Assembly: GCA_964106645.2 (NCBI GenBank)
Contig: OZ067050.1
Length of the DNA: 64,000 nt
Strand: one strand, 5' to 3'
From: Podarcis pityusensis
Taxonomy: Eukaryota
The translations under genes were made by a program, and so were the position numbers. This document shows positions 62,854 to 64,000 of this stretch, piece by piece (within the stretch, counting starts at the first letter, position 1; every line of letters starts with the position of its first letter). The notes below the pieces were generated by a model. That model was not told where the DNA came from, did no database searches, and saw only the letters and a list, made by a program, of their open reading frames with translations.

Positions 62854-64000
62854 CACCAGTTGAGCTGAATGGCAATCCTGCAGCATGTGGGTGATGCTAT
62901 GCAAATGGCTTTTATCCACACCCACACCACTGCTCAGCTGTTGGGTTAATCCAGAAGGGGGGCTACTTGGTCAATCCTCAGCCTGCCTTACCAATCTTAT
63001 TTCTATTGCTGCACAGACATAAAGATTTTACCTCACCTTGATCGGGATAGCTAATATTTGTTGTGATTTTTTTCCTGTAAGACCGCCAGGTCTAGGGCAG
63101 TATAAAAATTCAATGAAGGAGGAGGAGGGGGGGGGCCTCCAGCCTTCCAAGGATACGTTTTACAGCCAACTTAAGTTTTAGCAAAGGAGACAAATAAAAT
63201 TAATTTAACCTGTTCATTACTACACTGAATGAACACCAATGCTTTAAACAATGACTTAAGCTTTAACTGAGCATTTGCTCTGTTTTATACAGAAGTATGT
63301 GAAATATACACTTCGTTGTGGCTAGGGAGAAGTCCCTGTATGACACAATTACATGCTAAGATTAGGTTGCTAGTGGTAAACAAAGCTTGCTGCATCTATT
63401 CAAAATGTCTTTGTTATATGCCATGGCAGATGAGAAACACACTTGCTACACTATCCATTGAAAACAACATTGTCCTAAACCTTGGTCTCTCAGCCATTGT
63501 GCTACAGTTTGCACAATCCAAAGTTCAAGAAGTCCCATTCTGAGCAGTGACAGTGCACTACGTAACACAATGGAACTATTATTTTGTTTTATTTTGTTGG
63601 GATTCCTATCTTTTGGTTAGCGTTCTTTATTTTAGAATATTCATTATATTTATCTTTGAAAATATAAATAAACATTTATAAATAAAAAAGTACCCAGCTG
63701 AATTATTAAAGCTAACAACTTTAATTTGTTATTATTTATATAATATTTATGGTATTTACCTTTTTTGAAATTCTAAGTGCTTGGTAACATGGCCTCAAAG
63801 TAAAACTGCATTGTATTGATTCTTTTACCTAGCACTGAAACAGAAGCTTACTTTAAAGCTAATTGAAGGAAGACCATTTTTTTTAAGTTAGTGCCCATAC
63901 AATTTACAGAATCTTGAAAAAAAAGGTTATAAATACTTGCTTTTTGCCACCCTAGCTTACTACAGACAGTACATAATATAAAAAAAACCCAGCCAGTGAG

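Overview
Eukaryotic (vertebrate) DNA, most likely a squamate lizard (lacertid-like, inferred from the repeat families). The window is part of a class II olfactory receptor (OR14-like) cluster: nine intact single-coding-exon OR genes plus the 5' end of a tenth, all on the minus strand. Most have a short 5' non-coding exon and a conserved TATA plus O/E-like promoter block. From about 25.4 to 58.7 kb is a very young tandem array with a ~5.76 kb unit, carrying four near-identical copies of an OR that looks like a chimera of the two flanking genes. A 200-N scaffold gap interrupts the array, so the copy number is uncertain. Intergenic DNA is rich in mobile elements: L1 and L2 fragments, solo LTRs, hAT and Tc1/mariner MITEs, a SINE and a DIRS-like non-autonomous family. 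The most unusual single element is a recent 2.2 kb non-autonomous L1-derived retroposon bounded by a target-site duplication (TSD). It has an L1-type 5' end, one 218-aa ORF, only the last ~35 codons of ORF2, a 3' UTR and poly(A), and it sits in just one array unit. There are no prokaryotic features (CRISPR, operons), rRNA or tRNA genes. All comparisons were made by eye.
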